64,000 nt of DNA from an uncultured Gammaproteobacteria bacterium (GCA_964565345.1 CAZMEQ010000001.1:9838-73837), one strand, 5' to 3'. Shown: positions 38,590 to 48,363, counted from the first letter of the stretch. Numbers and translations: made by a program. Notes: a model not told the origin generated them from the sequence alone.

Positions 38590-40182
38590 ATGTCAGTCGC
38601 CTTATATCGAAAATATAGACCGAAAAATTTTTCTGATGTTACCAATCAGAACCATATTAAAATTACCTTGCAACACGAAATTGAAAATGATCATTTGGGG
38701 CATGCGTATTTATTTTGTGGACCGCGTGGTACCGGAAAGACTACTATTGCACGTTTGTTGGCCAAGGCCGTTAATTGTGTAGATTTAAAACCCAATGCTG
38801 AACCTTGTAATGTCTGTGCTAGCTGTGTCGAAATAATGGAAAATCGTTCTTTAGATATAATGGAGGTAGATGCTGCTTCGCACACTGGAGTAGACAATGT
38901 TCGAGAAAATATTATCAACAACGCTCGTTTTACTCCAACCAAGAGTAAGTATAAAGTTTTTATTATTGATGAAGTTCACATGCTTTCCATTTCGGCTTTT
39001 AATGCTTTGCTTAAGGTTTTAGAGGAGCCGCCTAAACATGTAATTTTTATTTTAGCCACTACCGAAGCACATAAAGTTCCGGCTACCATAATTTCACGCT
39101 GCCAACGTTTCGATTTTAAAAAGATATTTGCTAAGGACTTGGTGTCTCGTTTAGGGTGGATTGTTCAACAAGAAAAAATGCAAGTTGATGAGAGCGTATT
39201 AAAAAGTATTGCCAAACAAGCGGGCGGATGTGTTCGTGATGCAGAAAGTTTATTAGAACAAGTTCTATCTTTGGGTGGAGAAAAAATCACCGAGGAACAA
39301 GCGTCATTAATTCTGCCACGCTCTAACCAAAATTTATTTTTAGATCTTTTTAAAATAATACTAAACAAACAAAAAGCCGAAGGCTTGATTTTGATAAATC
39401 GTTTGGTTGATGATGGTGTTGATTTAAATCAATTTATTGATTCTTTCGTTGAATTTTTGCGTCAATTATTAATTTACCGGGTTACCAATAACCCCCATGA
39501 TTTAGCTCGAGACTTGGATGATTCTTTGGTCACAGAGTGCATTGAATTGTTAAAAAACGTAGACGAAGCTAGGCTTATTGGCATGATTAGTAAATTTTTA
39601 GAAAATAAAGATTTGTTTAAACAAAACTATTTGACGCAGTTGTCATTAGAAGTGTCGGTGATAGAGTTGTGCGATATTAATAATGTTTATCAAGCTAGAC
39701 CGAAGATAGAAGTAAAAACTGAACCAAAGGTTGAAATAGTCCCTGCGAAGACTCAGATATCTGAGGAGTCAGTCGCCCCAAAACCAGTTGTTGATGCTGG
39801 GGATTTAGACAGCTTTATGTTGCATTGGCCTAAAGTTTTAAATGATGTTAAGGCTCAGCATTATTCCTTGTTTATGTCCTTGCATATGAGTAAACCATTA
39901 AGCTTTATCGAAGATAAGTTGGTGCTTGGTTTTTTATTTGAATTACAACGTTCTAGGGTTGACGATTTGAAAGCAAAGAATATAATTAAGGAAGCTTTAT
40001 TTAAAGTTTTTGGGCGCAAGATAGAAATAGAGACATTCATAGATCAAAATTTGTCTTTGGCTGATTTGCCCAAAAACAATAACATTGAATCGGCAATAGA
40101 GGTGCCACTCGCGCCGGTTTCTCCGGAAGATTCTGCAGCCGAGGATTTGGCGGGCGCTTTTGGCGGCCAAATTGTTAGTTAA
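38590..40182 (+). CDS. dnaX: DNA polymerase III subunit gamma/tau
   Basis: YRKYRPKNFSDV ... HAYLFCGPRGTGKTT Walker A, Zn module CNVCASC, SRC motif ISRCQRF. Confidence 0.9.
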   Translation: MSVALYRKYRPKNFSDVTNQNHIKITLQHEIENDHLGHAYLFCGPRGTGKTTIARLLAKAVNCVDLKPNAEPCNVCASCVEIMENRSLDIMEVDAASHTGVDNVRENIINNARFTPTKSKYKVFIIDEVHMLSISAFNALLKVLEEPPKHVIFILATTEAHKVPATIISRCQRFDFKKIFAKDLVSRLGWIVQQEKMQVDESVLKSIAKQAGGCVRDAESLLEQVLSLGGEKITEEQASLILPRSNQNLFLDLFKIILNKQKAEGLILINRLVDDGVDLNQFIDSFVEFLRQLLIYRVTNNPHDLARDLDDSLVTECIELLKNVDEARLIGMISKFLENKDLFKQNYLTQLSLEVSVIELCDINNVYQARPKIEVKTEPKVEIVPAKTQISEESVAPKPVVDAGDLDSFMLHWPKVLNDVKAQHYSLFMSLHMSKPLSFIEDKLVLGFLFELQRSRVDDLKAKNIIKEALFKVFGRKIEIETFIDQNLSLADLPKNNNIESAIEVPLAPVSPEDSAAEDLAGAFGGQIVS

Positions 40183-40289
40183 AAACCGCATTGTTCGGGG
40201 ATCATCCCCGTACTATACACCTGCGGTGTAAGTACGGGGCAGGCTAATGGTAGTTCCTTGCCCCGCACATTTTACAATTTAGTTTTATT
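40183..40289 (+). repeat. stacked GC palindromes between dnaX and tRNA-Gln, including a tRNA 5'-half-like fragment
   Basis: CGGGGATcATCCCCG (shares TCGGGGATC with the tRNA 5' end). CCCCGTACTATACACC tgc GGTGTAaGTACGGGG. GGGGCAGG CTAATGGTAG ttCCTTGCCCC (same CTAATGGTAG D-loop motif as the tRNA). Confidence 0.5.
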
Positions 40290-40291
40290 GC

Positions 40292-40365
40292 TCGGGGATC
40301 GTCTAATGGTAGGACAGCAGGTTCTGGCCCTGCTAATCTTGGTTCGATTCCAGGTCCCCGAGCCA
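40292..40365 (+). tRNA. tRNA-Gln (anticodon CUG), CCA encoded
   Basis: Manual fold: acceptor TCGGGGA/TCCCCGA, D-arm GTC-TAATGGTAG-GAC, anticodon stem GCAGG/CCTGC with loop TTCTGGC (CTG), T-arm CTTGG-TTCGATT-CCAGG, discriminator G, then CCA. Confidence 0.75.
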
Positions 40366-40408
40366 TAAAACTAAGCTTCGTAAGAAATGTAAAATGGTGC
40401 GGGGGTGG

Positions 40409-40443
40409 ACCTGCTTATCTTGGTTCGAATCCAGGTCCCCGAG
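40409..40443 (+). repeat. direct repeat of the 3' half of tRNA-Gln (att-site-like scar)
   Basis: CCTGCTTATCTTGGTTCGAATCCAGGTCCCCGAGC matches the tRNA 3' half from the anticodon stem to the acceptor 3' strand with 2 substitutions. There is no matching 5' half and no CCA. Confidence 0.6.
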
Positions 40444-40542
40444 CTGTGCGGTTTTTGTATTTATAGCAACAGGCAATATTTTTTGCATAAAAATGATATT
40501 TCGCATATAGCGTAAAACTTTGATTAAGGGTAGAATAAAGAT

Positions 40543-41442
40543 ATGAATATATCATCAAAGCTCGAAAATTTTCATACATATTTTAGAAGCCAGGCTAAGA
40601 ATAAACATGAGGCGATTAGTCCTACGGCTTGGTTAGTGGCATATCGGAGGGCTTTTTCAGATATTCCTTATGCGAAGGCAATATCTAAGGGGATCGAGAA
40701 GTATCGACTTAATTTAAAAATGCCGGAATTACCTGATGAATATAAGTTTTTAGCCACAATCCCATTGTTTGAAGCACGCCATAAGCTTGTTCACGGTATT
40801 GCTAAAAGCTTAAAGTGTGATCAAATTCTGGATATTGCGGCAGGTCTTAGCCCTCATGGATTAGAGTTGACCAAGGCAAAGACAATAAATTACGTAGAGT
40901 TTGATCTGCCCGAAATGATAGCAGAAAAGAAAAAAATAGTTGGTTGGATTTTAAAAAAGAATAAAGCAAAAAGAGAAAACCTACATTTCGTTTCTGGAAA
41001 TGGCCTTATCTACGCTGATTTAGAAAAGGCATTAAAATATTTTAATAAGCATAAACCAATAACAGTCATAACGGAGGGACTGTTACGTTATTTTGATGAA
41101 GAGGAAAAAAAACAAATTTCCAAAAATATTTATAAGATTTTAACTCAGTACGGTGGCTATTGGGTAACTCCAGATATTATATACAAAAGAAAGTTAAATA
41201 AAGAAGCACAAGAAAATAGTAGGAGAGTGGCTGAAATGACTGGGGTCGATATTGAAAATAATAAATTTGAAAGTGTCGCACAGGCAAAAAGTTTTTTTAA
41301 ATCATTAGGTTATATAATAAAAACGTTTAAATTTGTTGATGTTTTAAGTCAACTTGTTTCACACAAAAAAATATCCTTGACTCTAAAAGAGGCAAAAAGA
41401 GTTATAAAACATAGAGTCGTTTTTGTCATGAAAATAAAATAA
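40543..41442 (+). CDS. LCM-family (leucine carboxyl methyltransferase-like) SAM-dependent methyltransferase (tentative)
   Basis: ILDIAAGLSPHG resembles the V-x-LGAGLDTR motif of the LCM/Ppm1-type O-methyltransferase fold. 299 aa. Confidence 0.4.
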   Translation: MNISSKLENFHTYFRSQAKNKHEAISPTAWLVAYRRAFSDIPYAKAISKGIEKYRLNLKMPELPDEYKFLATIPLFEARHKLVHGIAKSLKCDQILDIAAGLSPHGLELTKAKTINYVEFDLPEMIAEKKKIVGWILKKNKAKRENLHFVSGNGLIYADLEKALKYFNKHKPITVITEGLLRYFDEEEKKQISKNIYKILTQYGGYWVTPDIIYKRKLNKEAQENSRRVAEMTGVDIENNKFESVAQAKSFFKSLGYIIKTFKFVDVLSQLVSHKKISLTLKEAKRVIKHRVVFVMKIK

Positions 41443-41447
41443 TAGTT

Positions 41448-41942
41448 ATGGACATAATCTCGCATGGTCTTTGGGGCGGCTTGGCCTTTGGCCGTAAAAA
41501 CAAGATACAGTATTTGTGGGGGGTGTTTTTCGGCGTCATGCCTGATCTGTTTTCTTTCGGTATTTTTACAATTGCCAGCTTTTTGGGTCTGGTTCAACGC
41601 CCTGAGTGGGGGAATGGAGTGCCTCATCCTGATACTATACCGGGCTTTGTACATATTCTGTATGATCTAACCCATAGCTTAATAATGTTTAGTTTAGTCT
41701 TTATCTTGGTTTGGTTGATACGTCGCAAACCATTTGTGCCACTTTTAGCCTGGGTTTTACATATTGCCATTGATATTCCAACACACTCGATTCAATTTTT
41801 CCCTACACCATTTTTAGAACCAATATCTGATTATGTATTTGACGGGATAAGTTGGGGCACGCCCATTGTTTTTTTCTCTAATTTAGGTTTGTTGTTTATT
41901 GGCTATGCAATTTGGTTTATAGCAAAACGTTTTAAAAAATAG
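41448..41942 (+). CDS. membrane-bound metal-dependent hydrolase-like protein (YdjM/DUF457-like, tentative)
   Basis: Four or five TM helices with conserved His positions (ISHGLWGG ... HIAIDIPTHS). Confidence 0.35.
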   Translation: MDIISHGLWGGLAFGRKNKIQYLWGVFFGVMPDLFSFGIFTIASFLGLVQRPEWGNGVPHPDTIPGFVHILYDLTHSLIMFSLVFILVWLIRRKPFVPLLAWVLHIAIDIPTHSIQFFPTPFLEPISDYVFDGISWGTPIVFFSNLGLLFIGYAIWFIAKRFKK

Positions 41943-42036
41943 AGCTTTTTATTCTAGGCTATGCCTAGATTTTATTTACATAAAAATTTACTTGTGCTAT
42001 ACTTGACTTGTCAATAATATTAATAAAAATATAATT

Positions 42037-42471
42037 ATGCATCAAGTATCAAACGAAGTCCGCTTGTTTACTGAATTAAGTCGGGCTGGCACTATACTTT
42101 CTAGTCGCTTAGATCGCGGTTTGGGCGGGTTAGGCTGGAATGAATTTCTAATTCTATTTTATCTTGATCAGAACGAGCCAAAAAAGTTGAGCCGTATTGA
42201 ATTAGCCGAAAAATTGGGGATGACGGCTTCGGGCATTACCAGATTATTGCTCCCCATGGAAAAAGTTCATTTAATCAAAAGTGGGCCAGTGGAAAACGAT
42301 GCGCGTGTTCGCGCAGTTATGCTAGACGCAGGAGGAAAGTTGCGTTTAGAAGAGTCGATGGCGCGTCTCAATGAATATGCAGAAGAAGTTTTTGAAGATG
42401 TGCCAGCGGAAACGGTCACAAAAACAATTAAGTCACTCAACAATTTTATTGGAAAAATTTTAGCGCTTTAA
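42037..42471 (+). CDS. MarR-family transcriptional regulator
   Basis: wHTH LSRIELAEKLGMTASGITRLLLPMEKVHLI. 144 aa. Confidence 0.6.
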   Translation: MHQVSNEVRLFTELSRAGTILSSRLDRGLGGLGWNEFLILFYLDQNEPKKLSRIELAEKLGMTASGITRLLLPMEKVHLIKSGPVENDARVRAVMLDAGGKLRLEESMARLNEYAEEVFEDVPAETVTKTIKSLNNFIGKILAL

Positions 42472-42492
42472 TTTGTTCAATCCTAAAATATT

Positions 42493-43077
42493 ATGATTGA
42501 CTCTGATAAAAATAGGTTGGTTAAAGATTATTTGTTAGGTGATAAGGATGCTTTGGAAGAATTAATTCGAGACGCTTTGCCTCATGTCTATCGTTATCTG
42601 TTTCGCTTTGTTTATAATGATGATAACGCACAAGAATTAACTCAAGAAACGTTTATTAAGGTTTGGCGTAAGATTAAGAGATTCGATACAAGAAAAAACT
42701 TTAACACGTGGGTATTGTCTATAGCACGGAATACGGCTATCGATTTTTTGCGTAAACAAAAACGAAAAGAGGTTGAAAGTATCAACACCCAAGAATGCGA
42801 GGGTGATTTTTTAGAAGAAACAGTGGCAGATGAGTTGCCGGCAATTGAGGTAGTATTGGATAATAATATATTGGCCACTCAGTTAGAAGACGCAATAAAA
42901 GCATTACCATTAAAATATCGGGAAACTCTTATGCTGTGTTTTTATGAAGATTTGAGTTTAGAAGAGATCTCTGTTATTCAAAACACTCCATTGAATACTG
43001 TTAAAACGCGTAAATTAAGAGGAATTAAGTTGCTTAAGTCAGAATTAGAAAGAATGAACCTAAATGATGAAAAATAA
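42493..43077 (+). CDS. ECF-type RNA polymerase sigma factor (sigma-70 family)
   Basis: Region 2 ETFIKVWRKIKRFD ... NFNTWVLSIARNTAIDFLRK and region 4 LSLEEISVIQNTPLNTVKTRKLRGIKLL. Confidence 0.8.
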   Translation: MIDSDKNRLVKDYLLGDKDALEELIRDALPHVYRYLFRFVYNDDNAQELTQETFIKVWRKIKRFDTRKNFNTWVLSIARNTAIDFLRKQKRKEVESINTQECEGDFLEETVADELPAIEVVLDNNILATQLEDAIKALPLKYRETLMLCFYEDLSLEEISVIQNTPLNTVKTRKLRGIKLLKSELERMNLNDEK

Positions 43078-43495
43078 CGTATATATTAGTATGAGCCATA
43101 ACATAAAAAAATTTTTTCAAAGCTTGCCAGATGTTCAGGTCCCGGCTGGATTGAATGAGAAAATTTTGCATGAAATTTTTAGACGTCAAAAAAGAGCGGG
43201 TTTAATCAAAGCTGTTATTTTTAGTTCGTTATCTGTTATTTTTGGCCTATCATTGATAATGTCGATAGATTACATGCTGGGGATGGCTGTTGCTAGTGGT
43301 TTTGTTCAATTTTTGTCATTGCTTTTAACTGATGCTACCCAGTTAATAGGTTCTTCTAGCTATTATTATATTTTAGCTCAAACGGTTCCGGTTTTTGGAG
43401 TCTTCTTGGTTATGAGTTTTTTGATTATGTTTTTGCAGACGGCAAGGCTTGGGTTAAATAATTTTCGGAGAATTAATTTTGGACAAAATAATTAA
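43064..43495 (+). CDS. membrane protein, candidate anti-sigma factor
   Basis: Overlaps the sigma gene by 14 nt. Short cytoplasmic N-terminus then three TM helices. Confidence 0.4.
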   Translation: MMKNNVYISMSHNIKKFFQSLPDVQVPAGLNEKILHEIFRRQKRAGLIKAVIFSSLSVIFGLSLIMSIDYMLGMAVASGFVQFLSLLLTDATQLIGSSSYYYILAQTVPVFGVFLVMSFLIMFLQTARLGLNNFRRINFGQNN

Positions 43496-43501
43496 AATAA
43501 T

Positions 43502-43972
43502 ATGAATGAGTTATTAAAGAACAAAATTTTTCAAGTTTTTATTTTAGTTTTATGCGTTTTGTTGGTATTTATATCTGGCTTTTGGCTTGGGTTAAGAGTT
43601 GGGGAACATCAGCGTGGCTTTGCTAGAGACTGGAGCGATAATTACCATAAGAATTTTGCTGGACCGCGTGGTGGCTTCTTAAAAGAGATGAGGGACCACG
43701 AGTTTATAAATGCCAATGGGGTTTTTGGTCAAATTATAAAAATAGAAGGAACAACAGTGATTGCCAAAGGCGAGGCAGATATTGAAAAAATTATTATGGT
43801 TAGTGAAAGAACCATTATAAATAGAGGGCCAGAAAAAATAAATGTTTCTCAACTCCAAGTTGATGATAACATTATTGTCGTGGGGGAGCCAGATAATCAA
43901 GGGCGGATAATGGCCAAATTAATCCGTGTTATGCCACCTAAGCTAATAACACCCACGGAGCCAGCTAATTAG
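43502..43972 (+). CDS. TM-anchored small beta-rich protein (DUF5666-like), paralog of 47851..48309
   Basis: N-terminal TM, then GVFGQIIKIEGTTVIAKG ... VDDNIIVVGEPDNQGRIMAKLIRVMPP. The same pattern appears in the C-terminus of 47851..48309. Confidence 0.4.
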   Translation: MNELLKNKIFQVFILVLCVLLVFISGFWLGLRVGEHQRGFARDWSDNYHKNFAGPRGGFLKEMRDHEFINANGVFGQIIKIEGTTVIAKGEADIEKIIMVSERTIINRGPEKINVSQLQVDDNIIVVGEPDNQGRIMAKLIRVMPPKLITPTEPAN

Positions 43973-43984
43973 AGTAAATTTATT

Positions 43985-45931
43985 ATGAATTTAATTAATA
44001 AAATTATACCTTTGATAAGAAGTCACAAAATTATTGCTGTTATAGGTTTAATAGGAGTTTGTCTGGGTGGTTACTTAACTTATCATTATGCAACTAGTGG
44101 TAGTTTAAAAACACGTTATCAGTTTTCAACAGTAGAACGAGGCACTATTATTAAATCTGTTTCTGGTAGCGGACAAATCGTGGCTTCGAGCCAAATTGAG
44201 ATCAAGCCAAAGGTCTCTGGCGATGTTATAAAGGTAGCAGTGAAAAAAGGGCAGGAAGTTAAGGCGGGTGATTTATTGATTCAATTGGATTCTGGCGATG
44301 CTTGGAAGGATGTACGTGATGCTCAGTTAAATTTAAGAAGTGCGCAGCTGGCCTATAAAGAAGTGAAGGATGGCGCAACTGAAGCAGAACTTTTACAAGC
44401 AGAGAACTCTTTAAATAGTGCTAAAACTACCGTTGAAAAGTTAAAATTATCACAACAGGATGGATATATGGAGGCCTTAGAGACAAAAGATAAACTAAAG
44501 GATTCCATTGTCAAATCTTACGACGATATGTTCAATGAAATTTCTGATTCCTTTTTGGATTTCCCGGATGTTATTACTGGCTTGAACGAAGTTCTTTATG
44601 GTGACGGGATAGCAGATGCGGAAATTGCGGTAAATTCCGGTACCTTAAATTTGGATGCGTTAGTAAATACAATACGAAAAGAGGGGAACAAGGGGAAGGT
44701 TGTTAGTTTAAGAGCTTTAGCCGAGAGTAATTATAAAGAAGCACGAACAAAATATGATACTACTTTTTCCGAGTATAAATATTTAACTCGAGCTTCTCAA
44801 CAAGAAGATTTAAATTCTTTTTTACAAAAAACAATTGACCTCACCAGGAGCTTGTTTGAAACAGCGAAAAGCGAGAGTAATTTGTTAGATTCTTGGGTAG
44901 ATGTTCAAACGATTGAGGGGGCGTCAATTTTTAGTACCGTAACAGCATACCAGAATGATTTAGCTGGTTACTTGGGTACAATCAATTCGCATTTAACCAG
45001 CTTATTGTCGGTTGAAAGCACATTGGAATCAAATATAATCTCTCTAGCGCAGAAAGAAAGAAATATTCAATCCTTAGTTCAAAATAATCCCCTTGACTTA
45101 GCATCTGCAGAAGCCACCTTAAAAGAAAGACAACTTGCTTATGATAAAATAAAAGCTGGTCCAGATGAAGCTGATTTGTTGACGCAAGAAATTTCGTTAC
45201 GCCAAAGGCAAAATGCACTTCTAGATGCACAAGAAAATTATGCTGAATATGCAGTCAAAGCTCCTTTTGATGGGGTCGTCGCTGATTTAAATATTACCAA
45301 GGGTGACAGTGTAACTTCTTCTTTGTCTATAGCGACGATTATTACAAAGCAGCAAACCGCAGTGTTGTCATTAAACGAAGTTGATGTTGCCAAGGTCGAT
45401 GTTGGGCAAAAAGCCAATGTAACCTTTGATGCTTTGGACGATTTGAACATTACGGGACAAGTTGCGGAAGTCGATTCTTTGGGAACGACTTCGCAGGGTG
45501 TTGTCTCTTATGAAGTAAAAATATTACTTGATGTTCAAGATGAACAGGTTAAACCCGGAATGTCTGTTTCCGTTGATATAACAACTGAAGCTAAAACAGA
45601 CGTTTTGGTTATCCCAAGTTCAGCTATTAAAAGTTTGGGCGAGACTTATTATGTTCAGATACCAAATAAAAAAATTACTGATTCTGACGCTTTTTCAACT
45701 GCCGGGATTGAGTATCCTGGTGAATTTACTATGCAAGTGATTGAAACTGGTATGAGCAGTGATACGGATACCGAAGTTATGTCCGGTCTAGCTGAAGGCG
45801 ATCAAATTTTGCTAAAAACAATAGCTAATACCAATAATAATAATTCAAACGGGGCTACGCAAACGAAAAGTCTTTTACAAACAACAGCTGGCATGGGTGG
45901 TGGTATGGGGCGTGTTCCCATGGGACGATAG
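43985..45931 (+). CDS. HlyD/MacA-family periplasmic adaptor (membrane fusion) protein
   Basis: N-terminal TM. Biotinyl-lipoyl-like KPKVSGDVIKVAVKKGQEVKAGDLLIQLDS. Long coiled coil. Beta-barrel C-region. Gly/Met-rich C-terminal tail. Confidence 0.7.
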   Translation: MNLINKIIPLIRSHKIIAVIGLIGVCLGGYLTYHYATSGSLKTRYQFSTVERGTIIKSVSGSGQIVASSQIEIKPKVSGDVIKVAVKKGQEVKAGDLLIQLDSGDAWKDVRDAQLNLRSAQLAYKEVKDGATEAELLQAENSLNSAKTTVEKLKLSQQDGYMEALETKDKLKDSIVKSYDDMFNEISDSFLDFPDVITGLNEVLYGDGIADAEIAVNSGTLNLDALVNTIRKEGNKGKVVSLRALAESNYKEARTKYDTTFSEYKYLTRASQQEDLNSFLQKTIDLTRSLFETAKSESNLLDSWVDVQTIEGASIFSTVTAYQNDLAGYLGTINSHLTSLLSVESTLESNIISLAQKERNIQSLVQNNPLDLASAEATLKERQLAYDKIKAGPDEADLLTQEISLRQRQNALLDAQENYAEYAVKAPFDGVVADLNITKGDSVTSSLSIATIITKQQTAVLSLNEVDVAKVDVGQKANVTFDALDDLNITGQVAEVDSLGTTSQGVVSYEVKILLDVQDEQVKPGMSVSVDITTEAKTDVLVIPSSAIKSLGETYYVQIPNKKITDSDAFSTAGIEYPGEFTMQVIETGMSSDTDTEVMSGLAEGDQILLKTIANTNNNNSNGATQTKSLLQTTAGMGGGMGRVPMGR

Positions 45932-45934
45932 ATT

Positions 45935-46615
45935 ATGTTTGAATGTAAAAATATTACAAAATGCTACCCCAGTGGGGATGACAACGTAGAAGTTTTAAAA
46001 GGGTTGTCATTTTTGGTACGTGATGGTGAGTTTGTAGCCATAGTTGGCCCATCGGGTTCTGGTAAATCAACTTTGATGCATATCCTGGGAGCGCTGGATA
46101 CTCCTACAACAGGAAAATACTATATTGATGGCGAAGACCTTTCAACTCTGGATGATGATGCTTTAGCAAAAATGAGAAAATTGAAAATCGGATTTGTTTT
46201 TCAGGCGTTTAATCTATTGCCCCGTGCCACTGTTTTACGGAATGTAATGTTGCCATTGGTTTACGCCAATGTTCAACCAAAAGAAAGAGAAAAAAAAGCG
46301 CGTTTGGTTTTAAATAGTGTGGGCATTGAAGAGGATAGATTTAATCATCACTCTAATCAGCTCTCTGGAGGTCAAATGCAACGCGTGGCTATAGCACGAG
46401 CCTTGATAAATCAACCGGTTTTGATCTTGGCCGATGAACCAACGGGCAATTTAGACACTAAAACCGGTGCATTAGTTTTGGATTTATTTAAAAAATTAAA
46501 TCGAGAAGAACACAGAACCATAGTAATAATTACTCACGATATGGAGGTGGCCAGATCAGCAGATAGGATAATTTCCATTCGTGATGGAGTAATTGTCTCA
46601 GATATTTATGCTTAG
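45935..46615 (+). CDS. ABC transporter ATP-binding protein (MacB/LolD-type)
   Basis: Walker A GPSGSGKST, Q-loop, signature LSGGQMQRVAIARAL, Walker B ILADEPTGNLD. Confidence 0.9.
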   Translation: MFECKNITKCYPSGDDNVEVLKGLSFLVRDGEFVAIVGPSGSGKSTLMHILGALDTPTTGKYYIDGEDLSTLDDDALAKMRKLKIGFVFQAFNLLPRATVLRNVMLPLVYANVQPKEREKKARLVLNSVGIEEDRFNHHSNQLSGGQMQRVAIARALINQPVLILADEPTGNLDTKTGALVLDLFKKLNREEHRTIVIITHDMEVARSADRIISIRDGVIVSDIYA

Positions 46616-47831
46616 ACAAGATGTTTTAGAAGAAATTTATTTATCTTTAGTGGCCAATAAAGCCCGATCATTTTTAACAATATTAGGGATAGTTATTGGT
46701 ATCGGTTCTGTTATTGCGATGATTGCCATAGGTCAGGGATCTCAGTCAAGTATAGAAAGCAGTATCCAATCTTTGGGATCTAACTTGATACAAGTTTATC
46801 CTGGTATGCAGCGTGGCGTTGGTATGCAGGTGAGCCAGGGGCGGGGTAGCGCACAAACTTTAGTGATGGAAGATGTCGACGCCATGGAAAGTCAGTTGAC
46901 TGGGGTCGAAGCTATCGCTCCAGAACTTTCCAATCGTTATCAAGTAACAGCCAAGGGAACAAATACGAATACTTCAGTTGTTGGAGTCACTTCAAATTAT
47001 CTGGGAGTTCGTAATGTCGAAATTGCTAATGGATTATTTATTTCTGATCAGAATAATGTCGCCAGATCAAAAGTCGCAGTTTTGGGGCCAGCGGTGATTG
47101 AAGATTTATTTGGGGAGGGAGTCGATGTTATTGGAAAAACAATTAAAATTAATAACTTGAATTTTCAAATTATAGGAACAACCGTGTCTAAGGGCGGCAC
47201 GGGGTTTGGTAGTCAGGATGATATGATTTTCATCCCATTAGAGACCGCACAACAATATTTATCCGGGAGTCAACGTTTAAGTACTGTAAGCGTTAAGGCT
47301 CAAAACGCAGAAGACATGACACAGATACAAACAGACATAACAAATTTATTGTTAGCACGACATAATATCTCAGATCCAACTATGGCTGATTTTTCAGTAT
47401 TAAACCAATCAGATATTGTGAGCGCTGCTTCATCTGTTACAGATACATTTACATTGTTGCTTGGTTCAGTCGCAGCGATCTCATTGCTTGTTGGCGGAAT
47501 TGGTATTATGAATATGATGTTAACCAACGTGACCGAGAGAACAAGGGAAATTGGGTTACGTAAATCAATTGGTGCAACTAGAAAAGAAATAAACAATCAA
47601 TTTTTAGCCGAAGCAGCGACATTAACTGTTTTAGGTGGAATTTTTGGTGTTTTAATTGGTTGGTTGGTAGCTTTAATAGTTAAAAAAATTGGAGGTATAA
47701 GTACGAACGTAACCTTATCGTCTGTCATTTTAGCTTTTGGAGTTTCTGCTGCAATTGGTATTGTTTTTGGCTACTATCCTGCGAAGCGTGCTTCTAAGCT
47801 CAATCCTATTGAGGCTTTACGTCACGAATAA
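46608..47831 (+). CDS. ABC transporter permease, FtsX/MacB-like
   Basis: N-terminal TM, large periplasmic domain (MacB_PCD-like), C-terminal FtsX four-TM bundle. ATG overlaps the ABC stop (ATGCTTAG). Confidence 0.8.
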   Translation: MLRQDVLEEIYLSLVANKARSFLTILGIVIGIGSVIAMIAIGQGSQSSIESSIQSLGSNLIQVYPGMQRGVGMQVSQGRGSAQTLVMEDVDAMESQLTGVEAIAPELSNRYQVTAKGTNTNTSVVGVTSNYLGVRNVEIANGLFISDQNNVARSKVAVLGPAVIEDLFGEGVDVIGKTIKINNLNFQIIGTTVSKGGTGFGSQDDMIFIPLETAQQYLSGSQRLSTVSVKAQNAEDMTQIQTDITNLLLARHNISDPTMADFSVLNQSDIVSAASSVTDTFTLLLGSVAAISLLVGGIGIMNMMLTNVTERTREIGLRKSIGATRKEINNQFLAEAATLTVLGGIFGVLIGWLVALIVKKIGGISTNVTLSSVILAFGVSAAIGIVFGYYPAKRASKLNPIEALRHE

Positions 47832-47850
47832 ATAATAAATATAGTTATCT

Positions 47851-48309
47851 ATGAACAAAAAAAACGTTATTTTATGTGCAGTCGGAGGAGCTATTATTTT
47901 AGCACTGGGCTTCGCTGGTGGATTGGGGGTATCAAAATTAAGTAAAAATAATCGTAATTTTGGTCAAGGTCAACTTTTTGATGGGAGTAAAATGGGGATG
48001 ATGGGAAACCTAAAAAATAGTGGGCGTGGTTTAGGTTCTGGTTTTAACAATGGTGAAGTTTTATCCATTGATGATAAAAGTATAATAATTAAATTGCCGA
48101 GTGGTGGTTCAAAAAGCATACTTTACTCTGACTCAACCAAAGTCTATAAATCTGTGGAAGGGGCTTTAACAGATATAAATACAGGGGATAGAATTATGGT
48201 GATTGGAAAAAATAATACAGATGGGAGTGTCAGTGCGGAAAGTATTCAAATACAACAAGTTCAGCCTGTGGAAATAGCACCAACAGAAAAGGAAGAAATA
48301 AAAAAATAA
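47851..48309 (+). CDS. secreted Gly-rich small beta-rich protein (DUF5666-like), paralog of 43502..43972
   Basis: N-terminal TM/signal. GEVLSIDDKSIIIKLPSGGSKSILYSDSTKVYKS ... GDRIMVIGKNNTDGSVSAESIQI. Confidence 0.4.
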   Translation: MNKKNVILCAVGGAIILALGFAGGLGVSKLSKNNRNFGQGQLFDGSKMGMMGNLKNSGRGLGSGFNNGEVLSIDDKSIIIKLPSGGSKSILYSDSTKVYKSVEGALTDINTGDRIMVIGKNNTDGSVSAESIQIQQVQPVEIAPTEKEEIKK

Positions 48310-48319
48310 GTAGAAATAT

Positions 48320-48360
48320 AAAAAATCTCCCCCACACCTATGCGTAGATGTGGGGGAGTT
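48320..48360. terminator. bidirectional GC hairpin (A-run / CTCCCCCACA..TGTGGGGGAG / T-run on minus)
   Basis: AAAAAAT CTCCCCCACA cctatgcgtaga TGTGGGGGAG, between convergent genes ending 48309 (+) and 48364 (-). Confidence 0.65.
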
Positions 48361-48363
48361 GCG

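Noticed and set aside
40380-40450. Possible second tRNA downstream of tRNA-Gln
   Set aside because: Only the T-arm and acceptor 3' strand are present. There is no complementary 5' acceptor strand or D-arm, and no CCA. It is interpreted as a duplicated 3' fragment.
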